From Candidatus Marinacidobacterales bacterium (GTDB lineage Bacteria; Acidobacteriota; Vicinamibacteria; Marinacidobacterales; SMYC01), in contig OZ250169.1 of NCBI GenBank assembly GCA_965237955.1, forward strand, positions 6,848,001 to 6,912,000: DNA of 64,000 nucleotides, in the 5' to 3' direction. Position 1 is the stretch's first letter; each line of letters starts with the position of its first letter. Of this stretch, positions 43,687 through 57,230 are shown piece by piece. A model generated the notes under the pieces. That model was not told the DNA's origin, ran no database searches, and was given only the letters and a program-made list of their open reading frames with translations. The translations under genes and the position numbers were made by a program.

Positions 43687-44600
43687 TCCTGATTCTCGGG
43701 CCTCGTTTGAGGCTCCGCCAACACCATACGCTCGAAGTGGTCAATCGGGGCTGGGCCGCCGGGAGGCTCGCAGAAGATCCCTTCGGATGCGAGCTCGCCT
43801 CCGGCGTCGCTCGATGCCACGACCGACCCCCCCGCGTGTACGTCCGCGGTTCCTTCCACGACGCGTCCGCGATCGAAGATCACCCAAGTGAGCTCGAGCT
43901 CGTGAGCGCTCTCCTGGTCGAGGCATGCCCAGCGTCCGTCCGCCTGTCCGCCAACGTATTGGCCTCGTGCAACGATCTGGCCGGAACGGAACCAAGCCCA
44001 CTCGCCGTCACGCAGGTCATCACGGAAGCTTCCCCGAACCGCATCCGTCTCGAACGGACCGTGACGGAGTCCGGCTTCGAAAGTAAACGACGCCAGTCGC
44101 CGTTCGTTGGGCCTGCCAAAAACCCACTCGCCTTCTCGGCGCCCGCCGCGACACTCGCCAAGCGCGGGAATTCTCGAGCCAAGGGCTGGCCAGGGTTGAA
44201 CGCAGGCGCCGTCATCGCCACAACTCGAGCAATCTCCAGGATCGAAATCCTCGACGGAAGGAATCTCGTCGATCGTGTTCCACCCCATCAGAATCGGCGA
44301 GAGCGCCATCGTCGTCGTGAGGAGACCACCGAGCACGTAGAACGGTCCATGCAAATTGACGCGAACGAGTCCGTAGACGACGAGGACGGCGCCGATGAAC
44401 CCGAGAGCGATGGCGGCGAGCCCGGCAATCGTGAGGCCTCCTAGAAATGGGCCAACCCCAATGAGGCTCGTCGGATCCGTAGACTCGAGCTTGCGCAGTA
44501 TCCAAAGACAGGCGCCGGGCGGCACCGCGGCCGCTACCGCGAACATCGCGAGGACGACCCATGCACCTTCTCGTTCCTCTTTGTCGGTATCGAACTCCAT
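43683..44600 (-). CDS. Membrane protein with MORN/YwqK-like repeats
   Basis: Three TM helices, then GRREGEW, GLRHGPF, LRDGEW, GQADGRW. Confidence 0.65.
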   Translation of the reverse strand: MEFDTDKEEREGAWVVLAMFAVAAAVPPGACLWILRKLESTDPTSLIGVGPFLGGLTIAGLAAIALGFIGAVLVVYGLVRVNLHGPFYVLGGLLTTTMALSPILMGWNTIDEIPSVEDFDPGDCSSCGDDGACVQPWPALGSRIPALGECRGGRREGEWVFGRPNERRLASFTFEAGLRHGPFETDAVRGSFRDDLRDGEWAWFRSGQIVARGQYVGGQADGRWACLDQESAHELELTWVIFDRGRVVEGTADVHAGGSVVASSDAGGELASEGIFCEPPGGPAPIDHFERMVLAEPQTRPENQD

Positions 44601-44675
44601 CACGGCCCTCGATCAATGATGCCCCCAACGGCACGGTATTCCAACCGACTGTCGTATCATGCAGCGCGTATTACG

Positions 44676-45665
44676 ATGGACCACCTCACGTTCGAACAGC
44701 TCTCGTCGGAAGCGGCCCGCTATGACGAGGCTGTTCTCCGCACGCCCGCCATCGATCACTTCTGCTCGAGCTCGTTTTGGATCCTCCCCGCGGCCGAACA
44801 TCTCATGACGCCGGGTGGTCCGTGGGTGCGACGCTCCGACGGCGCCTATGTCGCCCTCGCGCGCAGCGACCACGGGCCGAGCTCGGCATCCTCATCCTCA
44901 GTGCTGCATCCGCTCGAAGCGATGTGGGCCCTTCCCTCGCCGCTCGTCGGGGCCGAGCCCGAAGCGCTGTCCCAATTCTTGCTCGAGGCGCTCGGGAGCG
45001 ATCCCGGCTGGGGCGCCGCCTTCCTGACCGGGCTCCATGAACGATCCGCGCTTTGGAAGAAACTCGTGCCCTCGCTCAGCTGTCGGTACGAGCTCTCGCG
45101 CGGCCCGGTTACGCGCCGTTACGCGGTCGACCTCACGGATGGTGTCGACGGGTTTCTACGCAATCGCTCGTCCGGCTTCCGCAAAAATCTCCGCAAGGCG
45201 GAGCGGCGCGCCCGCCAGGTCGAGCTCCGATTCGAGATCGCTGACGAGTGCGCTCCTGAAGACGCTGACGCATCCTTCGATCGACTCCTCGCGATCGAAC
45301 GCCGTAGCTGGAAGGGCCGCCGAGGCGTCGGGATCGATACCGATCCGATGTGCGCGTTCTACCGTGACATGAACCGGCGGTTGGTGGAGCGAGGCGCGAG
45401 GCGTCTGGTGTTCGCCACGCTCGATGGCAACGACGCCGCGTACATCTTTGGAGGCGTTCTCGGAAAAACCTACCGCGGTCTTCAGTTCAGCTTCGACGAC
45501 ACCTACGCGGAGCATTCGCTCGGGAATTTGTGCCAGCTCGAGGAAATTCGGCGGCTCAGCGATGATGGAGTCGAGATCTACGATCTCGGAACCGAAGTGC
45601 CGTACAAGAAACGGTGGGGCGACCGTGTTTTCAGCACGTCCTGTCTCGTCGTTCAGCCTTCATAG
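44676..45665 (+). CDS. GNAT acetyltransferase, CelD/BcsL-like
   Basis: FRKNLRKAERR, IERRSWKG, SLGNL, YDLG...YKKRW. Confidence 0.8.
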   Translation: MDHLTFEQLSSEAARYDEAVLRTPAIDHFCSSSFWILPAAEHLMTPGGPWVRRSDGAYVALARSDHGPSSASSSSVLHPLEAMWALPSPLVGAEPEALSQFLLEALGSDPGWGAAFLTGLHERSALWKKLVPSLSCRYELSRGPVTRRYAVDLTDGVDGFLRNRSSGFRKNLRKAERRARQVELRFEIADECAPEDADASFDRLLAIERRSWKGRRGVGIDTDPMCAFYRDMNRRLVERGARRLVFATLDGNDAAYIFGGVLGKTYRGLQFSFDDTYAEHSLGNLCQLEEIRRLSDDGVEIYDLGTEVPYKKRWGDRVFSTSCLVVQPS

Positions 45666-46828
45666 ATGAGATAGCGCTCGCGGATCTTCTTGAACCGCGC
45701 GAGGTCGACTTGCCACGCGGCTTCGATCTCGCCGAGGGTTGCATCGGCCTCGAGTTGAGCGCGGATCGATCCGTTACCGGCGAGGATGTCGATGGCAGGC
45801 CGTTCGAGCTCGTACTCGTACGGCGGAGGGCGCCAATCAAACTCGTCGGGCCATAACCGTCGCGCGGCGCGGATCAACGCATAGCCGGTCCGGAGGGGTC
45901 GATAGGTTTCACGGTCGATCACGTGCTGCTGTACGCCGCCGCAGAGCTGCCCTCCAAATTTCTGAAACGTGGGCTCGAAGCAAAGCGGCCGAAAGACCAC
46001 GCCGGGCAGATCCTCTTCGACGAGCGCTCGCGCGAGCTTGGCACCGTCGATCCACGGGGCGCCCATGATCTCGAACGGGCGGGTCGTGCCTCGCCCTTCC
46101 GAGAGGTTCGTGCCCTCGATGAGACACGCACCGGGATAGACCGTCGCGGTATCGAGGGTGGGCAGGTTGGGCGATGGCAAAACCCAGGGAAGACCGGTGT
46201 CGTCGAACCATTGCGAGCGCTTCCACCCGTCCATCTCGACCACGCTCAGCCGGCAGCCCACGCCAAACTCGTCGTTCACGAGGCGCGCGATCTCACCGGA
46301 TGTCATCCCATGACGGTTCGGGATGGGGTAGAGGCCGACGAACGAGAGATGGCTTCCTTCGATGAGGTTTCCTTCGACATGGACGCCGTTGATCGGGTTC
46401 GGGCGATCGAGAACGATGAGCTCGATATCGTCACGGGCACACGCCTCCATGGCGTGGGTCATCGTCCAGATGTAGGTGTAGTAGCGCGAGCCGATGTCTT
46501 GAATGTCGAACACGACCGCGTCCAACCCGTCGAGCATCTCCTCCGTCGGCACGCGCGTCGGTCCGTAGAGGCTCCGTACCGGAAGCCCGGTGATCGGATC
46601 GGCCCCGTCACCGACTTCAATCAAATCCTGTGCGCTCGCGCGCAACCCGTGCTCGGGGCCGAAGAGAACCGCGAGCTCGACTTCCTTCCGCGCATTGAGA
46701 TTGAGGAGGTCGATCCCATGACGGAGCTCACGATCGACCGTCGTCGGGTTCGCGATGAGGCCGATGGTCTTGCCGGCGACAAGGTCGATGGCGCTTCCCA
46801 GAAGCTTCTCGAGCCCGGTCACCACCAT
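45653..46828 (-). CDS. namZ: Exo-beta-N-acetylmuramidase NamZ (DUF1343)
   Basis: FGPEHG, FDIQDIGSRYYTY, LDRPNP, RHGMTSGE, SEGRGTTRPFE. Confidence 0.9.
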   Translation of the reverse strand: MVVTGLEKLLGSAIDLVAGKTIGLIANPTTVDRELRHGIDLLNLNARKEVELAVLFGPEHGLRASAQDLIEVGDGADPITGLPVRSLYGPTRVPTEEMLDGLDAVVFDIQDIGSRYYTYIWTMTHAMEACARDDIELIVLDRPNPINGVHVEGNLIEGSHLSFVGLYPIPNRHGMTSGEIARLVNDEFGVGCRLSVVEMDGWKRSQWFDDTGLPWVLPSPNLPTLDTATVYPGACLIEGTNLSEGRGTTRPFEIMGAPWIDGAKLARALVEEDLPGVVFRPLCFEPTFQKFGGQLCGGVQQHVIDRETYRPLRTGYALIRAARRLWPDEFDWRPPPYEYELERPAIDILAGNGSIRAQLEADATLGEIEAAWQVDLARFKKIRERYLIYEG

Positions 46829-46877
46829 ATCGTTTATTATCCCACCGAGGAGGCGTTCCCATGAAGTGGTTGATGCA

Positions 46878-49010
<2,133 letters not shown>

Positions 49011-49099
49011 TCTCGCCAGGGCTCGAGAGAAAGCAGGAATACAGGAATCTCAGGAACGTTGTTTCCTGCAACGCTCGGAAAATTCAGACGCAATCCACG

Positions 49100-49385
49100 C
49101 GGCCGCGCGCTTGCTTGACCCCAGTAGAACAGCGCGCTGATCGAGAAGTAGACGCTGAGCACGATCCCGAGGACCGCGAGCGCGAAAAGCACGACGAGGC
49201 GGTTGCTGCTCTTGCGAGCCTCGTCCTGGTGCTGAAAGAAGTCCATCGTTCGCGGTTAGAACTTGACTTTGGGCGCTTCCCGTTCCGTGGCGACTTCGAT
49301 CTCGAACAGCTCCGCTGCTTGAAAGCCCATCGGGCGTCGCAATCATAACGTTCGGGAATTTCTCCCGCGCGGTGTTGTAGCTCGT
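49100..49385 (-). pseudogene. lemA 3' stub followed by 5' stub of an HtpX/M48 peptidase
   Basis: YNTAREKFPNVMIA...EREAPKVKF* then MDFFQHQDEARK..LVVLF. Confidence 0.75.
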
Positions 49386-49424
49386 CAATCGCGAGTTGAC
49401 GCACGCGACGCCTTCGGCGTAGGT

Positions 49425-49622
49425 TCTGGCATGCGTTCATTACAAGCTCGACATCCAGTTCGAGCTCTCGGGCAAACTTATGCAGGACGCCAACACCGAG
49501 CTCATGCAACACAGCCGCCGGTGTATATGAAGCCCGGCGATATCGCGGAGTGCTCCGTCGAAGGCATCGGGACACTGCGAAACCCGATCCGCATGTGGCC
49601 GGACGAGATGAAGCCGAGATGA
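49425..49622 (+). pseudogene. Fumarylacetoacetate hydrolase family C-terminal fragment
   Basis: GKLMQDANT...PPVYMKPGDIAECSVEGIGTLRNPI with internal deletion. Confidence 0.7.
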
Positions 49623-49962
49623 AGCTGTGACGGGGTTTCCTACCGTCGACTAGTCGCGCTCCGATCCGGCCGAGGTGGATCGCGTGTGCCGTGGCACCGG
49701 ATTTCTCGCGATCTTCGGGCACGAGTTTCCCGAGACACTCATCGACCGCTGGGTGTCGACGGTGCACCGTGTGACCTGTGAGTCCTCCCGGCGGCAATCG
49801 ATTGCGTTTTTACACCTTCCCAACTGGGACGCCGAGACAATATGACATTTCTACCGAGACGAGCTCGGGTCTCATTTGGTAGAATGAAGAGTCTTTCCCA
49901 GAAAACCAAATACGTCGACGTCCGTCCCGGGCCGCCGGGGCGGGACGAGGTAGAGAGTCACA

Positions 49963-50475
49963 ATGAGCTTGAACGTCATGATCGCGGGTTGCCGCAAGGA
50001 TGAACGGGAGCGCATCGACGCGGCGGTGCGCGCTGCTTTCACCGGCCGCCCCGACGAGGAGCCTTGGAACGTGTCTTTGGTGAACGTGGCCAACCAGTGG
50101 TCGATCGACATCGACGGACCCGAGCCGCAGTTCAAAGGTATGAGCCTGGTTGCACCCACTAGCGATCTGACGGCGAGCCTCCAGCAGGCGCTAACAGGCG
50201 CCGCTCCGTCTGGAAACGGCGCGGCATCGGAAACGGGGACACCAGCGCCGCAAAGTGGAAACGGAGGAGCTCCGTCGGCGCCCGCGGGGGCCCGCAAAGA
50301 CCGTCACGAGTGTGAGGAGTGCGCCGCCGCGTTCGAAGTCATCTTCGACCAGCGAGCGGGTGAGCCCGAGGAGCTCTGCCCGGTAGCGTGTCCCGCGTGC
50401 TGGCACGTCAACAAAGTGCCGATCGCGGAGGCAGCCGGCGCCACCGGCGACTACCGCGCCCACGTGGTCAGCTAG
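49963..50475 (+). CDS. Hypothetical protein with C-terminal Zn ribbon
   Basis: CEEC...CPAC; low-complexity linker. Confidence 0.7.
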   Translation: MSLNVMIAGCRKDERERIDAAVRAAFTGRPDEEPWNVSLVNVANQWSIDIDGPEPQFKGMSLVAPTSDLTASLQQALTGAAPSGNGAASETGTPAPQSGNGGAPSAPAGARKDRHECEECAAAFEVIFDQRAGEPEELCPVACPACWHVNKVPIAEAAGATGDYRAHVVS

Positions 50476-50593
50476 CCGAACAACCTCTCCGCCACTCGCC
50501 TTGCTCGCCCGCCCGATTGTCGCCTCGCCTCACATGGCTTAGAATCTTACTAATCAGACAATTTCAGTTTTCTTCTGGAGGTGCTGGGGCGCC

Positions 50594-51550
50594 ATGCCGC
50601 CACTACTAGACATCCCCCCGTCGGGAAGCTTCAACGCGTGGTCTCAAGGATTCGAGTTTCCCGACTTGCTTCTGGCGATCTGCAAACGCGAGCAAAGCGG
50701 TGAGCTCAAGTTCATGAGCTCAGAGGCAGAGAAGACCATCCTTGTTCACGATGGGGAGATCGTTTTCGCGAAGTCATCGTCGACCGACGACCGTCTCGGC
50801 CCCTACTTGCTGCGCGAGAATTTGATTCGGTTCGAGCACGTGACCGAGCTCAGCCGGTTCGTATCACCAGAGAAGCGATTCGGCACCGTTCTCGTCGAAA
50901 ACGGCGTCCTCGATCCGCACGAGCTCGTGCAGGGCGTCGTCGGTCAAGTGCGCTCGATCGTCTTGAGCCTATTTCAATGGACGGAAGCCGCGTACATTTT
51001 CGAGCAGCGGGAGCCCGACAAAGAGGACATCACGCTCCGGATCCCTCTCACCAAGCTCATCGTCGACGGCGTGCGGCAAGTGACGAGCTGGCGCCGGGTG
51101 ATGGGCGGGATAGGCTCCCTCGATGCCGTATACCAGACGATCGCCGGCGTCGAAGATACCGTGCGTGCCGCGAAGCTAACACCCGAGCAGCTCGATCTCG
51201 TCGCCGATATGCGAGGACCGAAAACGATCGCCGAAGCATGTGCCGCGACCGAGATCAGCGACTTCGAGGTGTGCCAGCTGCTTTGGGGGTACTGCGCGCT
51301 TGGTTGGGTCGGTCCCGTCACCGAGATCGCTTCGAAAGCGACGTCCGAGCCGGAGATCGTCGCCGAGGAAGCCCCTGCCGCGCCCGCGGAGCCGATTCCC
51401 GTCGTCGACGCCACTCCCGCGCCGGAGCCGATGCCCGTCATCGAAGCGGCCACCGAGGTCAAAAGTCAAGACGAAGAAGCGGCCGAGGACGACGAGGAAG
51501 AGGACCTCGAAGGCCTCGGGATGGTCTTGAAGGACGATCCGTTGGCGTAG
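50594..51550 (+). CDS. DUF4388-domain protein with acidic tail
   Basis: SGEL...GEIVFAKSS..DDRLG..L...FGTVLVENG...LFQW. Confidence 0.8.
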   Translation: MPPLLDIPPSGSFNAWSQGFEFPDLLLAICKREQSGELKFMSSEAEKTILVHDGEIVFAKSSSTDDRLGPYLLRENLIRFEHVTELSRFVSPEKRFGTVLVENGVLDPHELVQGVVGQVRSIVLSLFQWTEAAYIFEQREPDKEDITLRIPLTKLIVDGVRQVTSWRRVMGGIGSLDAVYQTIAGVEDTVRAAKLTPEQLDLVADMRGPKTIAEACAATEISDFEVCQLLWGYCALGWVGPVTEIASKATSEPEIVAEEAPAAPAEPIPVVDATPAPEPMPVIEAATEVKSQDEEAAEDDEEEDLEGLGMVLKDDPLA

Positions 51551-51574
51551 CGTGGCAGAGCCGCAACCAAGAAT

Positions 51575-52173
51575 GTTGCCGGCGTCGCCCATCGTCACGG
51601 TATCCCCCTTCACCTCGACGGCGCGCGCCTGTGGCACGCATCCGTTGCGACCGGCATACGAGAAGGCCGATTATGCGCGGGTGTGCGACACGGTGAACGC
51701 GTGCTTCTCCAAGGGACTCGGGGCTCCGGTCGGCTCGGCTCTTGCTGGACGGTCCGCTTTCATCGAGCGAGCTAGGCGCTTCAAGCAAATGTACGGAGGC
51801 GGGTTCCGGCAAGCCGGGGTTATTGCCGCGGGAGCGCTCTACGCGCTCGAGCACCACCGAGCGGATCTCCCGGACGACCACAAGCGGGCGGCGACGCTCG
51901 CCGCGGGGTTATCGTGCCCGTGAGCCGAAAACGGATGATGTTCGTCCGGACGAGCGTCGTATCGAGCTCGACGCCTGCGAGCTGATGTCGTCTTTCGAGC
52001 TCGCCGAGCAATGCCACGCGAGGGGGCTTCACATGTTACCCGTGGGAAAGCAGGCGATGCGGGCCGTCATACACCGCGACGTCGACGACGAGTCCACCGA
52101 AACCGCACTTTCTGTGCTGAGAGACGTCCTCACCAACGAAAACAAGGGAATCACCAGCATAGAACCTCAATAA
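51575..52173 (+). pseudogene. ltaE: Low-specificity threonine aldolase remnant (5' half missing, frameshifted)
   Basis: LHLDGARLW, CFSKGLGAPVGS, GGGFRQAG, RAVIHRDV. Confidence 0.8.
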
Positions 52174-52226
52174 AATTGGTATCCGGCTCCTCAAAATCTT
52201 ATATCTAACAGCTCAAATTAACCTGC

Positions 52227-52256
52227 TTGACAAAAACTAACAATTTGCGGTATTAT
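52227..52256 (+). promoter_or_regulatory. sigma70 promoter of the heat-shock operon
   Basis: TTGACA-18bp-TATTAT. Confidence 0.7.
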
Positions 52257-52265
52257 CCCGGCTTG

Positions 52266-52292
52266 TTAGCAGTCGAACGGTCCGAGTGCTAA
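52266..52292. promoter_or_regulatory. CIRCE operator (HrcA site)
   Basis: TTAGCAGTC-N9-GAGTGCTAA, one mismatch from consensus, upstream of hsp20-groES-groEL. Confidence 0.92.
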
Positions 52293-52319
52293 CTCTAGGA
52301 AATTGCCGTAAAATCCACG

Positions 52320-52766
52320 ATGCCGTTTGCTCATTGGGATCCCGTGCGTGAGCTCCTCGCGCTACAAGAGCGTATGAACCGGCTCATCGATTCGACGTTG
52401 TCGCGAACGCGATCGGACACAGAGCTCTCCTCGTCGGGAGCTTGGTCTCCGGCCGTCGACCTCTTCGAATCGGATCAGCATTTCATCCTCAAAGCCGAGC
52501 TTCCCGAGGTCGAACATGACGACATTGAGCTTCGCATCGATGACGACCGTGTCACCCTCCGCGGTGAACGTCACCTCAGGGAGGCGGTCGACGAAAAGCA
52601 ATTCCTGCGCATGGAGCGCTCTTACGGCCCGTTCCATCGTACGCTCGACCTCCCCACCACGGTCGATGAGGACGCAATCGAGGCCGAGTTCAAGAAAGGC
52701 ATTCTGACGGTCGTCATGCCGAAGCGCATGAGCGAAAAGAGCCGTCAGATCCCAATCAGCGGGTAG
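52320..52766 (+). CDS. Hsp20/alpha-crystallin small heat-shock protein
   Basis: [32 protein letters not shown]. Confidence 0.92.
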   Translation: MPFAHWDPVRELLALQERMNRLIDSTLSRTRSDTELSSSGAWSPAVDLFESDQHFILKAELPEVEHDDIELRIDDDRVTLRGERHLREAVDEKQFLRMERSYGPFHRTLDLPTTVDEDAIEAEFKKGILTVVMPKRMSEKSRQIPISG

Positions 52767-52834
52767 CCGGACCGCGCGTCACCTATTCGAGCCGGCTTTA
52801 TTGGTTACTGACACTAAGGAGGAATGTAGAGAAG

Positions 52835-53125
52835 ATGAAGATCAAACCGATCAAGGACAACATCGTCGTCAAACGACTCGACGAAACCGAGGAAAAGAAA
52901 GTCGGCTCCATCATCATCCCAGACGCTGCCAAGGAAAAACCTATGACGGCTGAAGTCATCGCCGTTGGCTCCGGTCGAACCTTGAAGGACGGGAAAAAAG
53001 TTCCGCTCGAGGTCAAAGTCGGCGACAAAGTGCTCGTCGGCAAGTACTCGGGCTCGGAAGTCAAGCTCGATGGCAACGAGTACCTCATCCTCAAAGAGGA
53101 CGAAGTTCTCGGCATCGTCGAATAA
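52835..53125 (+). CDS. groES: Co-chaperonin GroES
   Basis: [29 protein letters not shown]. Confidence 0.96.
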   Translation: MKIKPIKDNIVVKRLDETEEKKVGSIIIPDAAKEKPMTAEVIAVGSGRTLKDGKKVPLEVKVGDKVLVGKYSGSEVKLDGNEYLILKEDEVLGIVE

Positions 53126-53165
53126 TTTTTGGGAATTAACTTTTTGGGAATTAACTTTTTGGAAT
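53126..53165 (+). repeat. 15-bp tandem repeat TTTTTGGGAATTAAC x2.6
   Basis: Seen directly in the groES-groEL spacer. Confidence 0.85.
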
Positions 53166-53191
53166 CGATTTCATCGATTCAACGGAGGTAA

Positions 53192-54853
<1,662 letters not shown>

Positions 54854-54867
54854 GCCGCTCAAACAAC

Positions 54868-54899
54868 AAGGCCCGGACCTTTCGGTCCGGGCCTTTTTT
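54868..54899 (+). terminator. Rho-independent terminator
   Basis: AAGGCCCGGACC-TTTC-GGTCCGGGCCTT then T-tract. Confidence 0.9.
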
Positions 54900-54918
54900 G
54901 TTTGAGCAGCGTTGCGGC

Positions 54919-54948
54919 GCCATCAGCCATCAGCCGTCGGCCATCAGC
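54919..54948. repeat. Heptamer repeat (GCCATCA) x4
   Basis: GCCATCAGCCATCAGCCGTCGGCCATCAGC. Confidence 0.7.
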
Positions 54949-55725
54949 GTGCAGTTAAGAGACAGAGTTGCCCTCGTTACCGGAGCGGGCTCCGGGATCG
55001 GTCGTGCTATTGCGCGTCGGTTTCATGATGCCGGTGCCTTTGTTTACGTTAATGATATCGAGGCTTCGTCAGCTCGGGAGACACTCGGTGAGGAACGGGT
55101 GCTCTTGGCCGATGTGTCGGATAGTGGCCAAGTCGCTGAGATGTTTGCTTCGCTTGACCGTCTGGACATTCTCGTTAATAACGCGGGGATTGCGGAGTCT
55201 CGGGAGCGGTGGGGGGAGATCAATCGGATCGCAGAGGCTCGGCTCGGAGAAGTTCCTATCACCACGCATTGGGACGTTACCGTTTCGATGGACGACTCCA
55301 CATGGCGGCGGATGATGGCAGTGCATTTGGATGGCACGTTTTTCTGCACGCGCGAAGCACTAAAGCTCATGAATCGGCAAGGCGCCGGGGTCATCATCAA
55401 TGTCTCCAGCACCGCCGCGCTTGGTGGGCTCGCGGACGCGCCACACTACGCTGCCGCGAAGGCCGGCATTCTCGGCTACACCAAATCCCTCGCCAAGGAA
55501 GTCGCCTCGCGTGGCATCCGCGTGAACGCGATCGCACCCGGCTTCACCGAGACGCCGATGACGAAGCTCATCTCTGACAAAGTGCGCGCTGCATCGCTCG
55601 CCACTATCCCGATGGCGCGATGGGGCAAGCCTTCCGATATTGCGGCGGCGGCTCTGTTCCTCGCTTCGGATGACGCATCCTACATTACCGGACAGTGTCT
55701 CTCTCCAAACGGGGGCGTGATTTGA
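54949..55725 (+). CDS. SDR-family oxidoreductase
   Basis: TGAGSGIG, NNAG, YAAAK, NAIAPG. Confidence 0.9.
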   Translation: MQLRDRVALVTGAGSGIGRAIARRFHDAGAFVYVNDIEASSARETLGEERVLLADVSDSGQVAEMFASLDRLDILVNNAGIAESRERWGEINRIAEARLGEVPITTHWDVTVSMDDSTWRRMMAVHLDGTFFCTREALKLMNRQGAGVIINVSSTAALGGLADAPHYAAAKAGILGYTKSLAKEVASRGIRVNAIAPGFTETPMTKLISDKVRAASLATIPMARWGKPSDIAAAALFLASDDASYITGQCLSPNGGVI

Positions 55726-55737
55726 TACGCTTACGCG

Positions 55738-57009
55738 GTGAGCGAAAGCGGAACCGGCGCCTCTAAACTCAGCGGGCCGGGCAGCCACCTCACAATCTAC
55801 ATTCTTGTCGCGATCGCCCTCGCGATCGCTCTCGCGCTCGTCGCGCCGCACGCTGCCACGCAGTTCGAAGTCGGCGGCGAGATCTTCCTGCGCCTTCTGA
55901 TGATGATGGTGGTGCCGCTCGTCATGGCGAGCGTCATGAGCGGCATCATCGGCCTTGGCGACGTGCGCAAGCTCGGTCGCCCCGGACTCGCTGCGGTGAC
56001 GTACTACGCGACCACGACCATGTTTGCGGTCTTGGTCGGCATCGTCGTCGTGAACTTGATCGAGCCTGGCGTTGGCATCGTGAACGTCGAACAAATCGAG
56101 ACGCTCTCCGGGGAGGAGGTACAGCAGCTCGAAGAGGCGGGCCCCGACTCGATAGGCGAAATCTTCGAGAATCTCGTTCTGATGCTCTTCACCCGGAACC
56201 TCATCCTGTCCGCGGCAGAGACAAACCTGCTACCGCTCATCTTTTTTTCCATCGTCTTCGCCGGCATGTTGACGACGATGGGCACTCGCGTGAAAGCCAT
56301 CACCGAGATGATCGTTCAAGTGAATGACGCGCTTTTGAACTTCATCCTGTTGCTCATGAAGCTCGCGCCGATCGGCATTTTTTGTCTCGTCACCGCACGT
56401 TTCGGTGCGGCACGTGCCGAAGGACAGTTTCTCGAGACGCTCGGACAAACGGGTTGGTACTTCCTCACGGTCATCCTCGGCCTCGCATTCCACGCGAACG
56501 TGACGCTTTGCTTGATCTACTGGCTGTTCACGCGCAAGAACCCGTTTCAGTTCATGGCCCATATGTCCCAGGCGATCTTGACGGCGTTCTCGACCGCGAG
56601 CTCGTCGGCGACGCTTCCGATCACGATGGATTCTGCCGTCCGCACCGCGGGCGTATCGAAGAAGTCCGTCGAGCTCGTCCTCCCGGTCGGCGCGACCATC
56701 AACATGGACGGTACCGCGCTCTACGAAGCGGTCGCCGCCATCTTCATCGCGCAGGCAGTCGGGCTCGAGCTCAGCCTCGCGCAACAAGGCGTGATCGCGG
56801 TGACCGCGACCCTCGCTGCCATCGGCGCCGCCGGGATCCCCGAAGCCGGCCTGGTGACGATGGTCATTGTGCTGAACGCGGTCGGGCTCCCGGCAGAGTA
56901 CATCGGGCTCATCTTATCGGTCGACTGGCTCCTCGACCGCTTCCGCACCGCCGTGAATACGTTCGGCGACTCGGTGGGAGCGGCAGTTGTTGAGAAAGCG
57001 TTCCCTTAG
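55738..57009 (+). CDS. Dicarboxylate/amino acid:cation symporter (DAACS)
   Basis: TASSSATLP, GATINMDGT, AAGIP, DRFRTAVN. Confidence 0.93.
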   Translation: MSESGTGASKLSGPGSHLTIYILVAIALAIALALVAPHAATQFEVGGEIFLRLLMMMVVPLVMASVMSGIIGLGDVRKLGRPGLAAVTYYATTTMFAVLVGIVVVNLIEPGVGIVNVEQIETLSGEEVQQLEEAGPDSIGEIFENLVLMLFTRNLILSAAETNLLPLIFFSIVFAGMLTTMGTRVKAITEMIVQVNDALLNFILLLMKLAPIGIFCLVTARFGAARAEGQFLETLGQTGWYFLTVILGLAFHANVTLCLIYWLFTRKNPFQFMAHMSQAILTAFSTASSSATLPITMDSAVRTAGVSKKSVELVLPVGATINMDGTALYEAVAAIFIAQAVGLELSLAQQGVIAVTATLAAIGAAGIPEAGLVTMVIVLNAVGLPAEYIGLILSVDWLLDRFRTAVNTFGDSVGAAVVEKAFP

Positions 57010-57010
57010 C

Positions 57011-57176
57011 TCAATCCGCCGTCAGCCATCAGCCATCGGCCGTCGGCCGGAAAGAGGCGTTGCCTTCGAGTGGCACAATTCGTGAACCACCGGGTCATCG
57101 CCTCAGGCAGCGTTAGCTGATGGCTGATGGCCGGTGGCTGACGGCGGATTGAACCCAGGTCTATGGCTGATGGCCG
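57011..57176. repeat. Heptamer-repeat palindrome (GCCATCA)n...(TGATGGC)n
   Basis: Perfect 18-bp IR 57011-28/57135-52 plus tandem heptamers. Confidence 0.8.
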
Positions 57177-57230
57177 GATTGTCGGCAGAGTTCCTTTCTG
57201 GCACAATGGCATCGGGGGTCACGGCAGCGC

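Noticed and set aside
43683-44600. Polymorphic toxin immunity locus (YwqK-like repeats)
   Set aside because: No adjacent toxin; the repeats are generic MORN-like
53126-53165. Possible CRISPR repeats in the groES-groEL spacer
   Set aside because: Units are directly adjacent with no spacers, and no cas genes are present
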